From the IMG/VR virus record IMGVR_UViG_3300032038_000033, positions 32,001 to 96,000 of that record: 64,000 bases of DNA; one strand, 5' to 3'. How positions within the stretch are numbered: the first letter of the stretch is position 1; each line of letters begins with the position of its first letter. Origin of the DNA: a virus (taxonomy: Duplodnaviria > Caudoviricetes). The position numbers and the translations under genes were made by a program. The notes beneath the pieces are model-generated. The model was given only the letters and a program-made list of their open reading frames with translations, was not told the DNA's origin and searched no databases. Below, piece after piece: positions 27,954-37,707 of this stretch.

Positions 27954-30179
27954 ATGCCACAAAATGTAATAAAAAGAGATAAAAGCATAGTTGAATTTGA
28001 CAGAGGAAAGATAGAAAGTGCTATTTCAAAAGCATATAAAGAAGTTTATCCTCAAATCAATATTAGCAACTATGCTGTTATTATTAGTAATGCTACAGAT
28101 AAGATATATAAGGAAATTTTATGGATAGCAGGTAATAATGAAAATATAGATATAGAAATTATACAGGATATAGTAGAAAGAGAATTAATGGAATTAGATA
28201 AGAGTGTCGCTAAGGAGTACATTACTTATCGTTACAAGCGTCAGATAATGAGAGATAGTAATACCACTGATGAAGTAATTAAAGAATTGATGTGTGGAGA
28301 AAGTGATTATTGGAACCATGAAAATTCTAATAAAAATCCTATAAGAGCTACTGTGCAAAGAGATTATTTAGCCGGTATTACAAGTACAGATATGACAAAA
28401 AGATTCTTATTACCTAAAGATATTAAAGATGCTGATGAAGCTGGTATATTACATTTTCACGACCAAGATTATTTTATTCAACATATAACAAATTGTTGCT
28501 TAATTAATCTTGACGATATGTTGCAGAACGGTACTGTTATTAACGGAGTTCTCATTGAAAAACCCCATAGCTTTATAGTTGCTGCCACAGTAGCTACTCA
28601 AATTATTACTGCTGTTACAAGTAGTCAATATGGTGGTACTACTATAACATTAACAGATTTAGCACCATTTGTAAGAATTAGTTATAATAAACATTATGAA
28701 AAGTTTAAGTCTTGGGGTCTTAGTGAAGAGGATTGTGTTAAGTTTGCTAAGAAAGACTTAAAGAAAGAAATTGCTGACGGCGTACAAACATTTAATTATC
28801 AAGTTAATTCAATGTCAACTACTAATGGTCAATCACCTTTCCTTAGTGTGTTTATGTATCTCAATGAAACTGACGAATATAAAGAAGAACTTGCTATGTT
28901 AATAGAGGAATTTTTAAGACAAAGAATAGTAGGTTTAAAGAATGAAGTCGGAGTTTATATTACACAAGCATTTCCTAAATTATTATATGTTCTTGAAGAA
29001 GATAATATGTATGAAGGAAGTAAATATTATTATTTAACAAAACTTGCAGCTGAGTGTACTGCAAAAAGAATGGTTCCAGACTACATTTCTGAAAAGGTAA
29101 TGTTAAGAGATAAAGGAGATGTTTACCCCTGTATGGGCTGTCGAAGTTTTGCTACACCCGATAGATTTACTGATAATGGTATCGGTAATATAGCAAATGC
29201 TAAAAATTATGTAGAGGGTAAGCATAGATATTACGGTAGATTTAATCAAGGTGTTGTTACTTTAAATCTTGTAGATTTAGCATTATCTTCTAATAGAAAT
29301 ATGGAATTGTTTTGGAATTTATTTAATGAAAGAATGGATTTATGTCATAAGGCATTAAGAATTAGACACGAAAGATTAAAAGGTACTTTATCAGATGTAG
29401 CACCTATTATGTGGCAACACGGAGCTTTAGCACGATTAGCTAAAGGTGAAACCATAGATAAATTATTATATAATGGATATTCTACCATCTCATTAGGTTA
29501 TGCTGGATTGTATGAATGTGTTAAGTTTATGACTGGAGAAAGTCATTCTGAGCCAAATGGTATGAAATTTGGTCTTGAACTTATGGAAGCATTAAATAAT
29601 AAGTGTAAGAAATGGAAAGAAGAAGAAAATATAGATTATTCTATCTACGGTACACCTATAGAATCAGCAACATATAAATTTGCTCAAAAACTTCAAAAGA
29701 GATTTGGCAGGGTAGAAGGTATTACTGATAGAAATTATATTACAAATAGTTATCATATTCCTGTGTTTGAAGAAATAAATCCTTACGAAAAACTTGCTAT
29801 CGAAAGTAAATTCCAAAAGTTAAGTCCTGGTGGCGCTATATCATATATTGAATGTTGTGATATGACACATAATATAGAAGGTGTTATAGATGTACTTAAA
29901 TTTATTTATGATAATATAATGTATGCAGAACTTAACACAAAGAGCGATTATTGTCAAGTATGTGGTTATGACGGTGAAATTAAGATTATTGATGAAGATA
30001 ATCATTTAGATTGGGAATGTCCTAATTGTGGTAATAGGGACCATAGTAAAATGAATGTAAGTAGAAGAACGTGTGGATATATAGGAACTAATTTTTGGAA
30101 TCAAGGTAGAACAGAAGAAATAGCAAATAGATATGTTCACTTAGATAATCATAAATACCAAGAAAAAGAGGTATGTTAA
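27954..30179 (+). CDS. nrdD: Anaerobic (class III) ribonucleoside-triphosphate reductase
   Basis: ATP-cone, NCCL, SQYGG, MGCRS, Zn ribbon, RRTCGY glycyl-radical motif. Confidence 0.97.
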   Translation: MPQNVIKRDKSIVEFDRGKIESAISKAYKEVYPQINISNYAVIISNATDKIYKEILWIAGNNENIDIEIIQDIVERELMELDKSVAKEYITYRYKRQIMRDSNTTDEVIKELMCGESDYWNHENSNKNPIRATVQRDYLAGITSTDMTKRFLLPKDIKDADEAGILHFHDQDYFIQHITNCCLINLDDMLQNGTVINGVLIEKPHSFIVAATVATQIITAVTSSQYGGTTITLTDLAPFVRISYNKHYEKFKSWGLSEEDCVKFAKKDLKKEIADGVQTFNYQVNSMSTTNGQSPFLSVFMYLNETDEYKEELAMLIEEFLRQRIVGLKNEVGVYITQAFPKLLYVLEEDNMYEGSKYYYLTKLAAECTAKRMVPDYISEKVMLRDKGDVYPCMGCRSFATPDRFTDNGIGNIANAKNYVEGKHRYYGRFNQGVVTLNLVDLALSSNRNMELFWNLFNERMDLCHKALRIRHERLKGTLSDVAPIMWQHGALARLAKGETIDKLLYNGYSTISLGYAGLYECVKFMTGESHSEPNGMKFGLELMEALNNKCKKWKEEENIDYSIYGTPIESATYKFAQKLQKRFGRVEGITDRNYITNSYHIPVFEEINPYEKLAIESKFQKLSPGGAISYIECCDMTHNIEGVIDVLKFIYDNIMYAELNTKSDYCQVCGYDGEIKIIDEDNHLDWECPNCGNRDHSKMNVSRRTCGYIGTNFWNQGRTEEIANRYVHLDNHKYQEKEVC

Positions 30180-30181
30180 TT

Positions 30182-30691
30182 ATGAGATATGCTTCCATTA
30201 ATAGTTTAGATATATCGAACGGTGAAGGTACTGGTGTAGCCCTGTTTACTCAGGGCTGCCTTAAGCATTGTAAAAATTGTTTTAATCCTGATACTTGGGA
30301 TATAAATGGAGGTAAGGAATTTACGTCCGAAATACAAAAACAATTTTTAGAGTTAGTTGATAAGTCCTATATATCAAGAGTAACATTTTTAGGTGGAGAA
30401 CCCCTACTTGGAGAAAGTGCTTTTGGAGTTTCTAATTTAAGTGAGATTATTCATAATAAATATCCTAATAAAAAACAATGGCTATATACAGGTTATACTT
30501 GGGAAGAATTACAAGAATTGAATTTATTGTCTTATATAAAATATATTGATATTGTAGTCGAAGGACCTTATATGGATGACCTTAAAGACTATGCTCTTAA
30601 ATTTAGGGGTAGTAAAAATCAAAGAATTGTAGATGTTCAAAAATCTCTAACTACAAATTCCCTTGTCTTGTGGAAAGAAGGTAACTACTAA
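30182..30691 (+). CDS. nrdG: Anaerobic RNR activating radical SAM protein
   Basis: NGEG..V.LF..GC..HC..CFN, LGGEP, FRGS.NQR. Confidence 0.95.
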   Translation: MRYASINSLDISNGEGTGVALFTQGCLKHCKNCFNPDTWDINGGKEFTSEIQKQFLELVDKSYISRVTFLGGEPLLGESAFGVSNLSEIIHNKYPNKKQWLYTGYTWEELQELNLLSYIKYIDIVVEGPYMDDLKDYALKFRGSKNQRIVDVQKSLTTNSLVLWKEGNY

Positions 30692-31869
30692 TGAATAATA
30701 AATGGATAAGAGGTGCGTTACCTGCCGTACTAATTCATATAAGTATAGGCTCAGTTTATGCCTGGTCTTTATTTGTAAAACCTATATCAGATTATATAGG
30801 TCAAAGTCAAGCTAAAGTGCAGTTTGCATTTTCTTTGGCGATATTCTTTTTAGGTATGTCAGCAGCGTTTGGTGGCAAAATAGTTGAAAAGAATATACAT
30901 AAATCATCTTTAATAAGTTGTTTATGTTTTTGTAGTGGACTTATATTAACATCATTTGCAATAAGATATAAACAATTACCACTAATATATTTAGGTTATG
31001 GTTGTTTAATGGGTGTTGGACTGGGTACAGGATATATAACACCAGTTAAAACACTTATGTTATGGTTTAAGGAAAATAAAGGTTTAGCTACTGGTATTTC
31101 TGTATGTGCTTTCGGTTTTGCGAGTAGTGTAGCAAGCCCAATAATTACTTATCTAACTAATAAAACGACTTTACCTAATACTTTTATTGTGTTAAGTTGT
31201 ATTTATTTTGTACCTATGATGATAGCACATTTTATAATTAAGAAGCCTGATGGCTGGGTAGAAGTTGCTAATAAAGATGACACATTTAAAGTATCTTCAA
31301 TGTGGAAACAAAAAGAATTTGTATTTATATGGATAATAATATTTATTAATATTACTTGCGGATTAGCATTAATATCAACAGCAAGTCCTATAATGGTAGA
31401 GCATAACATAAACACTAAAACAATAGCTATTATAGTTAGTATTATGGGTATATTTAATGGGTGTGGTAGATTAGTATTTTCCGCATTTTCCGATAAGCTA
31501 AAACAGAGAATAACAATATATAAAATAATCTTAATGTTATCTATTAGTACATCTATAATAACAAGATTATATACTAATACAATTACGATAGCTATTTCAT
31601 TGGCTGTTATTTCTGCTTGCTATGGTGCTGGATTTAGTTGTTTGCCGACATTATTATCCGATATATATGATATGAAACATATATCTCAAATACACGGATT
31701 GTCTTTAACAGCTTGGGCGATAGCCGGCTTAGTAGGAAATCAAATAAGTAGTATAACAAAAAGTGTTACAGGCTCTTATAATAATGTTTATTTTATTATA
31801 TGTGGAATGTATAGTTTTGCTTTAATCTTTACATTCTTGATTAAAACTAATGAATTGAAAAAAGTTTGA
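30691..31869 (+). CDS. MFS transporter, oxalate:formate antiporter (OFA) family
   Basis: IGSVYAWS.F, G.GYITPV..L..WF...KGLATG, NG.GRL..S..SD, YGAGF...P; multiple TM helices. Confidence 0.85.
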   Translation: MNNKWIRGALPAVLIHISIGSVYAWSLFVKPISDYIGQSQAKVQFAFSLAIFFLGMSAAFGGKIVEKNIHKSSLISCLCFCSGLILTSFAIRYKQLPLIYLGYGCLMGVGLGTGYITPVKTLMLWFKENKGLATGISVCAFGFASSVASPIITYLTNKTTLPNTFIVLSCIYFVPMMIAHFIIKKPDGWVEVANKDDTFKVSSMWKQKEFVFIWIIIFINITCGLALISTASPIMVEHNINTKTIAIIVSIMGIFNGCGRLVFSAFSDKLKQRITIYKIILMLSISTSIITRLYTNTITIAISLAVISACYGAGFSCLPTLLSDIYDMKHISQIHGLSLTAWAIAGLVGNQISSITKSVTGSYNNVYFIICGMYSFALIFTFLIKTNELKKV

Positions 31870-31998
31870 TATAAATAAAACATAAACATTGTGGCATAAA
31901 AATACTACAATGTTTATGTTTTATTAACATTTAATTTATTTTAAAAACATAATTATGTGTTATAATTTTAGTACAGTTAAGTGGAGGTTTAAAAAACA

Positions 31999-32241
31999 TT
32001 GGATAATTATTTCATCACATACACTAATAAAGACGAGTTTAATAAAATTATGAACTATGCTTCTTCCATAAGTGCTAAACTACCTAATGGACATTATATA
32101 TCTAAATATGGTAAGAAAGCATTATTTATAGAAGGAACTGCCTATATTATATTCGAGAAAAAGAAAGATACATACTACATAAATAATGTCATAGAAGTTG
32201 ATAAGAATACATTTACAGAAAAGAGTTTAGATGAACTATGA
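31999..32241 (+). CDS. Hypothetical protein
   Basis: GGAGG RBS, TTG start. Confidence 0.5.
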   Translation: MDNYFITYTNKDEFNKIMNYASSISAKLPNGHYISKYGKKALFIEGTAYIIFEKKKDTYYINNVIEVDKNTFTEKSLDEL

Positions 32242-32861
32242 AGAAAAAGATATTGATTGTTGGACGCACAGGCTCAGGTAAAGACTATTTAGCTAATAGA
32301 CTTTGTGATAGAGGTTTTACACAGGTAAAATCCTATACAACCAGACCTAAAAGAACTGAAAATGAAGATACACATATATTTATCACAAAAGATGATGCTA
32401 AAAAATATAAAGATAGAGTTGCCGAAACAGTTATTGATGATGTAGAATATTTTGCTACAAGAGAACAATTAAAAAATAATGATATTTATGTAATTGACCC
32501 TAATGGTTTATATACATTATTAAATAAGGTAACTAAAGAAAAGTTTGTAATTATATATGTTTCAGCTCTTACTCAATTAAGAATAGATAAAGCTATTGAA
32601 CGTGTTAAAAAGGTTTTAACTTATGATGAGGCCATATATAAAATAACATTAAGAGATAAAGCAGAGAATGCACAATTTAAACAATTTGAATATTATATGT
32701 CTAAGCACACATTCATAAAAGACAATGGTTTATTGACTGGATATCTTGATTTAACTAAATTTAAAGATTATAAATTCTATATTTATCCTAATAACTATCA
32801 TAAAGATTACTGTGAACATTGGATAGATTCTTTTCTTATTGATTTAGGTTTATCTGAATAA
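32238..32861 (+). CDS. Guanylate-kinase-like nucleotide kinase
   Basis: GRTGSGKD P-loop, SYTTRPKR, YVIDP.G. Confidence 0.85.
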   Translation: MKKKILIVGRTGSGKDYLANRLCDRGFTQVKSYTTRPKRTENEDTHIFITKDDAKKYKDRVAETVIDDVEYFATREQLKNNDIYVIDPNGLYTLLNKVTKEKFVIIYVSALTQLRIDKAIERVKKVLTYDEAIYKITLRDKAENAQFKQFEYYMSKHTFIKDNGLLTGYLDLTKFKDYKFYIYPNNYHKDYCEHWIDSFLIDLGLSE

Positions 32862-32915
32862 TAAAGAACAAAGAATAAAGTTCACATCTTATATAAATGG
32901 AGGTGTAAAATTTAT

Positions 32916-33248
32916 ATGTTATGTTATGATTCATTAAAAAATGAATTTTTTAATACGGATAATATTAATTATATTAATGATATACATATATGTGAAGTCA
33001 CAAAAGGTGTAGATGTTAATACTGTTATAGAGAAATGGTATTTCCCCTCATTATTAGATAATAATGAAGTAATATATAAAAGAGATATAGCTACCTTATT
33101 TGAAAGCAATGATAGAATAACTAAACTTAGAGAATTTTATTTTGATGTTAATTTTAAGAAAATAGATTTACCTAAAACTATAAGAGGTATTATACTTCCG
33201 CCGAAACAATTTATAATGTTCCAAAGCTCATCTAAGTTCATCAAATAA
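32916..33248 (+). CDS. Hypothetical protein
   Basis: ORF with RBS. Confidence 0.55.
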   Translation: MLCYDSLKNEFFNTDNINYINDIHICEVTKGVDVNTVIEKWYFPSLLDNNEVIYKRDIATLFESNDRITKLREFYFDVNFKKIDLPKTIRGIILPPKQFIMFQSSSKFIK

Positions 33249-33354
33249 AAATTAACAATTGTTTTACTAAAATATAATATTATTTTAAAACTTCTTTGTT
33301 ATAATTATAGTGATAAGGAAGTTTTATTTTTTTTTAATAAGGAGTTGAATAATT

Positions 33355-33777
33355 ATGGCAAAAGCTAAGATTAGAAAAGTAGTTACTGATGAAAAAGTTT
33401 CAGTTTCTAAAGAAACTTTATTTAAAGTAATTGATGATAAGGCAGATTTAATAGCCTGTTTTACAATATTTGTTACTTTACACAATATAATAAAGGAAAG
33501 TAAATCCGATTATCCTTATGGAGTTAAGTTCTGTGTAGATGAGGGCATAAATTTAGTTAGAAAACATTATCCCGATAGTTGTTGGAAAGACGAGAAAAAT
33601 TTGGTAACAGACGAAGTAACTAAAATTCAGTCGGATGTTACTAAAATTAATAGTTCACAATTAAATTGCCCTTGTTATAGTTGCTCTGATTGGAACGAGA
33701 CTTATCAAAGATGTAAAAATATACAAAAAGATTGCATTACTTATTGTAATTGGTACTCAAATACATTTAAGAATTGA
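33355..33777 (+). CDS. Hypothetical protein with C-terminal Cys cluster
   Basis: CPCYSC...C...C; promoter upstream. Confidence 0.55.
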   Translation: MAKAKIRKVVTDEKVSVSKETLFKVIDDKADLIACFTIFVTLHNIIKESKSDYPYGVKFCVDEGINLVRKHYPDSCWKDEKNLVTDEVTKIQSDVTKINSSQLNCPCYSCSDWNETYQRCKNIQKDCITYCNWYSNTFKN

Positions 33778-33790
33778 AAGGAATACGAAT

Positions 33791-34567
33791 ATGAAAGTAG
33801 AATTAATATCATATACACCTAACCCTGAAAAAGTAGTAGCGACTGCTGCCAAATTATGTTATTCCAGTAGTAATATAGAAAATCTACAAGAAAATTTAAC
33901 TGATGATATTATTAGTAATTTTGTAGAAAAGTTAGCTTCTATACATCACGAAAGTCCATTTGAACATATTAGTTTTACATTTGGCATTGAAGGTGTTAGT
34001 CGTAGTTTAACACATCAGTTAGTTCGACATAGGATTGCAAGTTATTCTCAGAAGTCGCAGAGATATGTGAGTGAAGATAATTTTGAATATATAGTACCAA
34101 AGGCAATTCAAAATAGTAGTTTTTGTACTGATATATTTAATGATACTATGAAATGTATTAATAGTGCTTATAAAGATATAAAGGATTGTTTAGAAAAGAA
34201 ATTTATTGAACAACTTATAAAAGAAGGCTTAAATGAAAAGACTGCCAAACAGAAAGCAAGTAAATTGGCAGCCGAAAATGCAAGAGCTGTACTCCCCAAT
34301 GCTTGTGAGACTAAAATAATAGTAACTATGAACGCTCGTTCCTTGTTTAATTTCTTTGCTCATAGATGTTGTAATCGAGCACAAGATGAAATAAGAGAAC
34401 TTGCTACTGAAATGTATAAACTTGTATATGCTATTGCACCTAATATATTTAAACATAGTGGACCTAATTGTGTTGCGACTGGTAAATGTCCAGAGGGTAA
34501 TATGTGTTGTGGCAAAATGATACAAATGAAAGAAAAGTTTAATGAAATAAAGGCAGATAAGATATGA
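33791..34567 (+). CDS. thyX: FAD-dependent thymidylate synthase
   Basis: HESPFEH, RHR..SYSQ.SQRY, AQ.EIR. Confidence 0.95.
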   Translation: MKVELISYTPNPEKVVATAAKLCYSSSNIENLQENLTDDIISNFVEKLASIHHESPFEHISFTFGIEGVSRSLTHQLVRHRIASYSQKSQRYVSEDNFEYIVPKAIQNSSFCTDIFNDTMKCINSAYKDIKDCLEKKFIEQLIKEGLNEKTAKQKASKLAAENARAVLPNACETKIIVTMNARSLFNFFAHRCCNRAQDEIRELATEMYKLVYAIAPNIFKHSGPNCVATGKCPEGNMCCGKMIQMKEKFNEIKADKI

Positions 34568-34790
34568 ACAGACAACTATGTACTGAGTTTCTAAGTAAAC
34601 TTTTAGTAAAAGAAAAACTTAGTGGAATGGGTAATTATTATGCAAAAGAAGTGACTTTTGATTACGGTACAGACCATTCTATCAGAGTTGATTATATACA
34701 GTTTAAACCCTTGAATCAACTATGTATTGACGGTATAGAAAAAGGTGAATTTATCTGCTATGAAATCAAGTCTTGTATAGAAGATTTTAA
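34564..34790 (+). pseudogene. PD-(D/E)XK (MmcB-like) nuclease, N-terminal part
   Basis: EV.....RVDY...YEIKS..EDF cut by insertion; continues as SGNGLNFIGEKNYLV at about 36497. Confidence 0.7.
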
Positions 34791-34886
34791 TAAACTAAAT
34801 CTGTAATATACTAATATAAAACATTAAATATTTCTTACTAAATATAACTAATTATTAATATTATTATACTTATTAAAAATTTAATA

Positions 34887-35036
34887 TTTACAGATTACAG
34901 TAAATATGTTATAATGTAGTCAACAAAGGGTAGCAGCTTTGAAAATGAATAAGTTATTAAATAATACTTAGGTATTGTTTATATATAAAAACTACTTGTA
35001 ATTGACTGCTACCTTTTACAAGTAGTTTTTTTTTTT
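34887..35036 (+). promoter_or_regulatory. Canonical sigma-A promoter plus attenuator-like leader of tnpB
   Basis: TTTACA-17-TATAAT; 15-bp terminator stem 34987-35030 whose loop is complementary to the leader 5' end. Confidence 0.65.
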
Positions 35037-35067
35037 ATTTTAGTTAATTTAGTAAGGAGTTATCAGT

Positions 35068-36474
35068 ATGAAACATAAGAATACTAATGAAATTACATTA
35101 AAAATAAAATATCATACTGATAATTCTGATAGAATTTGTGACTATATAAAGAATTATAATAATGTTCTTAGATTTGTTTATAATAGGCTTTATGATAATA
35201 TTAATCACGAATTATCTACTAAAGATTTATTGTCTGATATTAGAACAATAAATAATATTTTTGTAGATACTTATTTTAAAAATGGAGCTATCTATGAAGC
35301 TCGTTCTATGTTTTCTGATAGTAAAGAACAAGAACATAAAGTTATTTTTGGTGGTAAGAAATTGTTTATACAGAGGTGTCAAAATAAAATAAGTAAAGAA
35401 GAATTTAATATAAAAAGACTTCACCCTTTACAAATTGTCGGAGCATCATATAATAATGGGAATTGTAAATTTCAGATTATAAATGAAAATACTATATTAT
35501 TTAAACCTTGTAGAAATGAACATTTTATATTACATCTTAGTAGTGTAGGCAAAAATTATACTAAATATTTAACCAAATTAATTCAAGCTCAGAATAATTG
35601 TGATATTGCAATTACATATAAACTTGGCTTAGAATATGTTTATATATCGTTTGATTTAAATAAACTAAATAAACCTAAAGAAACAAACTGTATTGATAAT
35701 CGTATATTTGCTATTGACCTTAATCCTAATTATATAGGTTATAGTGTTATAGATTGGAAAAATTCTGATAATTTTAATATAGTTAATTCTGGTGTAATAT
35801 CAAATAAGCCGCTTACAGATTATGATAAATCGGTTATAAGAAGTAGTGATAGTCCAGAACATCATTATATTACTAATAAAAGAAATTATGAAGTTACTAA
35901 AATAGCTCACGATTTAGTAAAGTTAGCTAAACATTATCAATGTCAAATTTTTGCCATTGAAGATTTAAAAATAGAATCTAAAGATAACAAGAAAGGCAAT
36001 AGATATAATCGGTTAGTAAATAATCAATGGAATAGAAATTTATTAATAAATATTATTACTAAAGATTGTTTACAAAATTCAATAAGATTACAAAAAGTGG
36101 TTGCAAATTTTACTTCTTTTGTCGGCAATTTAGTTTATAGAAGTTTACAATTACCTGATATGATTTTAGCTTCTATTGAAATTTCCAGAAGAGCCTATGA
36201 ATTTTATCATCAATATATTATTAAAGATAAACCTATAACAAAGAATATAGTTTTTAATAGTTCTGAGTTAGCTAAAATTAGTATTGAAAAGTCATTGGAA
36301 GAATTTGGATATACTAAGACTTGTGATTCTATTAAAGATTTATATAATAAATTAAAGAAAACGAGATGTAATTATCGTTTTCCTTTGGAACAGTCTTTAT
36401 TATTAAGACCTAAACAAAGTCTTTTTAGCAAAAACTATATAAAACGAATGATAATTTATTATGAATTTAAATAG
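35068..36474 (+). CDS. tnpB: TnpB-like RuvC nuclease
   Basis: AIDLNP (RuvC-I), AIEDL (RuvC-II), N.TS..G and PD..AS.EI.RR (RuvC-III); no clear Zn finger. Confidence 0.75.
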   Translation: MKHKNTNEITLKIKYHTDNSDRICDYIKNYNNVLRFVYNRLYDNINHELSTKDLLSDIRTINNIFVDTYFKNGAIYEARSMFSDSKEQEHKVIFGGKKLFIQRCQNKISKEEFNIKRLHPLQIVGASYNNGNCKFQIINENTILFKPCRNEHFILHLSSVGKNYTKYLTKLIQAQNNCDIAITYKLGLEYVYISFDLNKLNKPKETNCIDNRIFAIDLNPNYIGYSVIDWKNSDNFNIVNSGVISNKPLTDYDKSVIRSSDSPEHHYITNKRNYEVTKIAHDLVKLAKHYQCQIFAIEDLKIESKDNKKGNRYNRLVNNQWNRNLLINIITKDCLQNSIRLQKVVANFTSFVGNLVYRSLQLPDMILASIEISRRAYEFYHQYIIKDKPITKNIVFNSSELAKISIEKSLEEFGYTKTCDSIKDLYNKLKKTRCNYRFPLEQSLLLRPKQSLFSKNYIKRMIIYYEFK

Positions 36475-36493
36475 TTTTATATAATTTTTGTAT

Positions 36494-36826
36494 TATAGTG
36501 GTAATGGCTTGAATTTTATCGGAGAAAAGAATTATTTAGTTACGGACATAACTACTTACATCAATCTTGTAAATAAAGGTCAATTAAATAAACTTCCTTT
36601 ATATGTAGGCGTTTTAGTTGCTGTTCCTAAAGGTAGTAATGCGAAAGATGAATTAGAAACACCTACACAAATAACTGAAAATTGTGATGTAAGTGATTGG
36701 ACTTTAATTTATATGAAAACAGTCAAGAAAACATACCGCCGAAAGTCAATGATAGAAATGCTTTTTTGTATGCTAAGGTCACATTGTAATGGTTTAGCAT
36801 TTAGTTTACATTTAAAAGGAGAGTAA
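36494..36826 (+). pseudogene. C-terminal part of the interrupted nuclease gene
   Basis: SGNGLNFIGEKNYLV...GVLV...MLFCMLRS; no RBS. Confidence 0.65.
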
Positions 36827-36830
36827 AAAA

Positions 36831-37109
36831 ATGATTAATATAGATGAAGAATTTTTTGGAACATTAGCTATATGTGCTGTAAGATATAGTCAAGGTAGAA
36901 GAAGTTATATGCCCGATTTAGTAAGGGGGATTGTAAGACCCCATTTAAGAGAATTAAGTGATAAAGACATTGGCGTTCTAATTAATGATTGTAATTATCA
37001 AAGAGAGTATGATATTTACGGAGATACAATTATTGATAAGCCTGGTTGGTTAGAATGGGAAAAAGAACTTTTAGCGGAAAGAGATAGAAGAAATAAAGAG
37101 AAGGAGTAA
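36831..37109 (+). CDS. Hypothetical phage protein
   Basis: CAVRY..GR.SYMP motif; RBS. Confidence 0.65.
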   Translation: MINIDEEFFGTLAICAVRYSQGRRSYMPDLVRGIVRPHLRELSDKDIGVLINDCNYQREYDIYGDTIIDKPGWLEWEKELLAERDRRNKEKE

Positions 37110-37111
37110 TT

Positions 37112-37630
37112 ATGGAAACTATAACACAGTATAAAGCAGAAGACGGTAAATTATTTACATCTAAACCAGATTGTATGATTTATAATCTTAGTCTTATAGA
37201 TTGGAATTTGTTTAAAGAAGTTTATTGGGTTCATTGTGTTTATGATAAAGAAAGTCATAAATATGTTTCTCACCTAATTAATTTCAATAAGCCCGAATAC
37301 TACAAAAAGAATACAATGTTTTCTCAACTTTCAAAATCCAATTACTATTTATTTATACCCAATGAAACTGTTTTAAAAAATTTTTATGATTATAAAGATT
37401 ATTTTTATCCAGTAGATAATTTTATCATAAGAAATCTAAAAGCAGGACTTAACTATTTATGTGATGACAGTGATTATAAATCTGTTTGTAATACTGAGAG
37501 TAGAATGAAAGAATATAGGGAAGAATTAAGGGAGATTTCATTGGCGTTAGAAGACTTAGAAGAATTTAATGATTCAATAATGGCTCATATACTTTCCGAA
37601 AAACTTAAAGTAATGAATGATAGGGAGTAG
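37112..37630 (+). CDS. Hypothetical protein
   Basis: Y.A.DG..F....C N-terminal motif; RBS. Confidence 0.6.
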   Translation: METITQYKAEDGKLFTSKPDCMIYNLSLIDWNLFKEVYWVHCVYDKESHKYVSHLINFNKPEYYKKNTMFSQLSKSNYYLFIPNETVLKNFYDYKDYFYPVDNFIIRNLKAGLNYLCDDSDYKSVCNTESRMKEYREELREISLALEDLEEFNDSIMAHILSEKLKVMNDRE

Positions 37631-37707
37631 AGATATATGAAATTATTAGCATTGGCTTATAGATGATTTTGTAAAGAATTACTCTTAAATAGAAAGGACA
37701 TACAAAG

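Larger units (their letters stand above)
34790..36495 (+). mobile_element. TnpB-only insertion element (ends approximate)
   Basis: Interrupts the nuclease gene just after TTTAA(T); no transposase gene. Confidence 0.7.

Noticed and set aside
34790-35067. Group I intron (IStron) restoring the split nuclease gene
   Set aside because: The region is short and extremely AT-rich and is explained by a promoter plus leader; no recognisable intron core. Only RT-PCR could fully exclude splicing.
34790-36830. CRISPR array / Cas12f system around the RuvC protein
   Set aside because: No regularly spaced direct repeats near the gene or elsewhere in the window.
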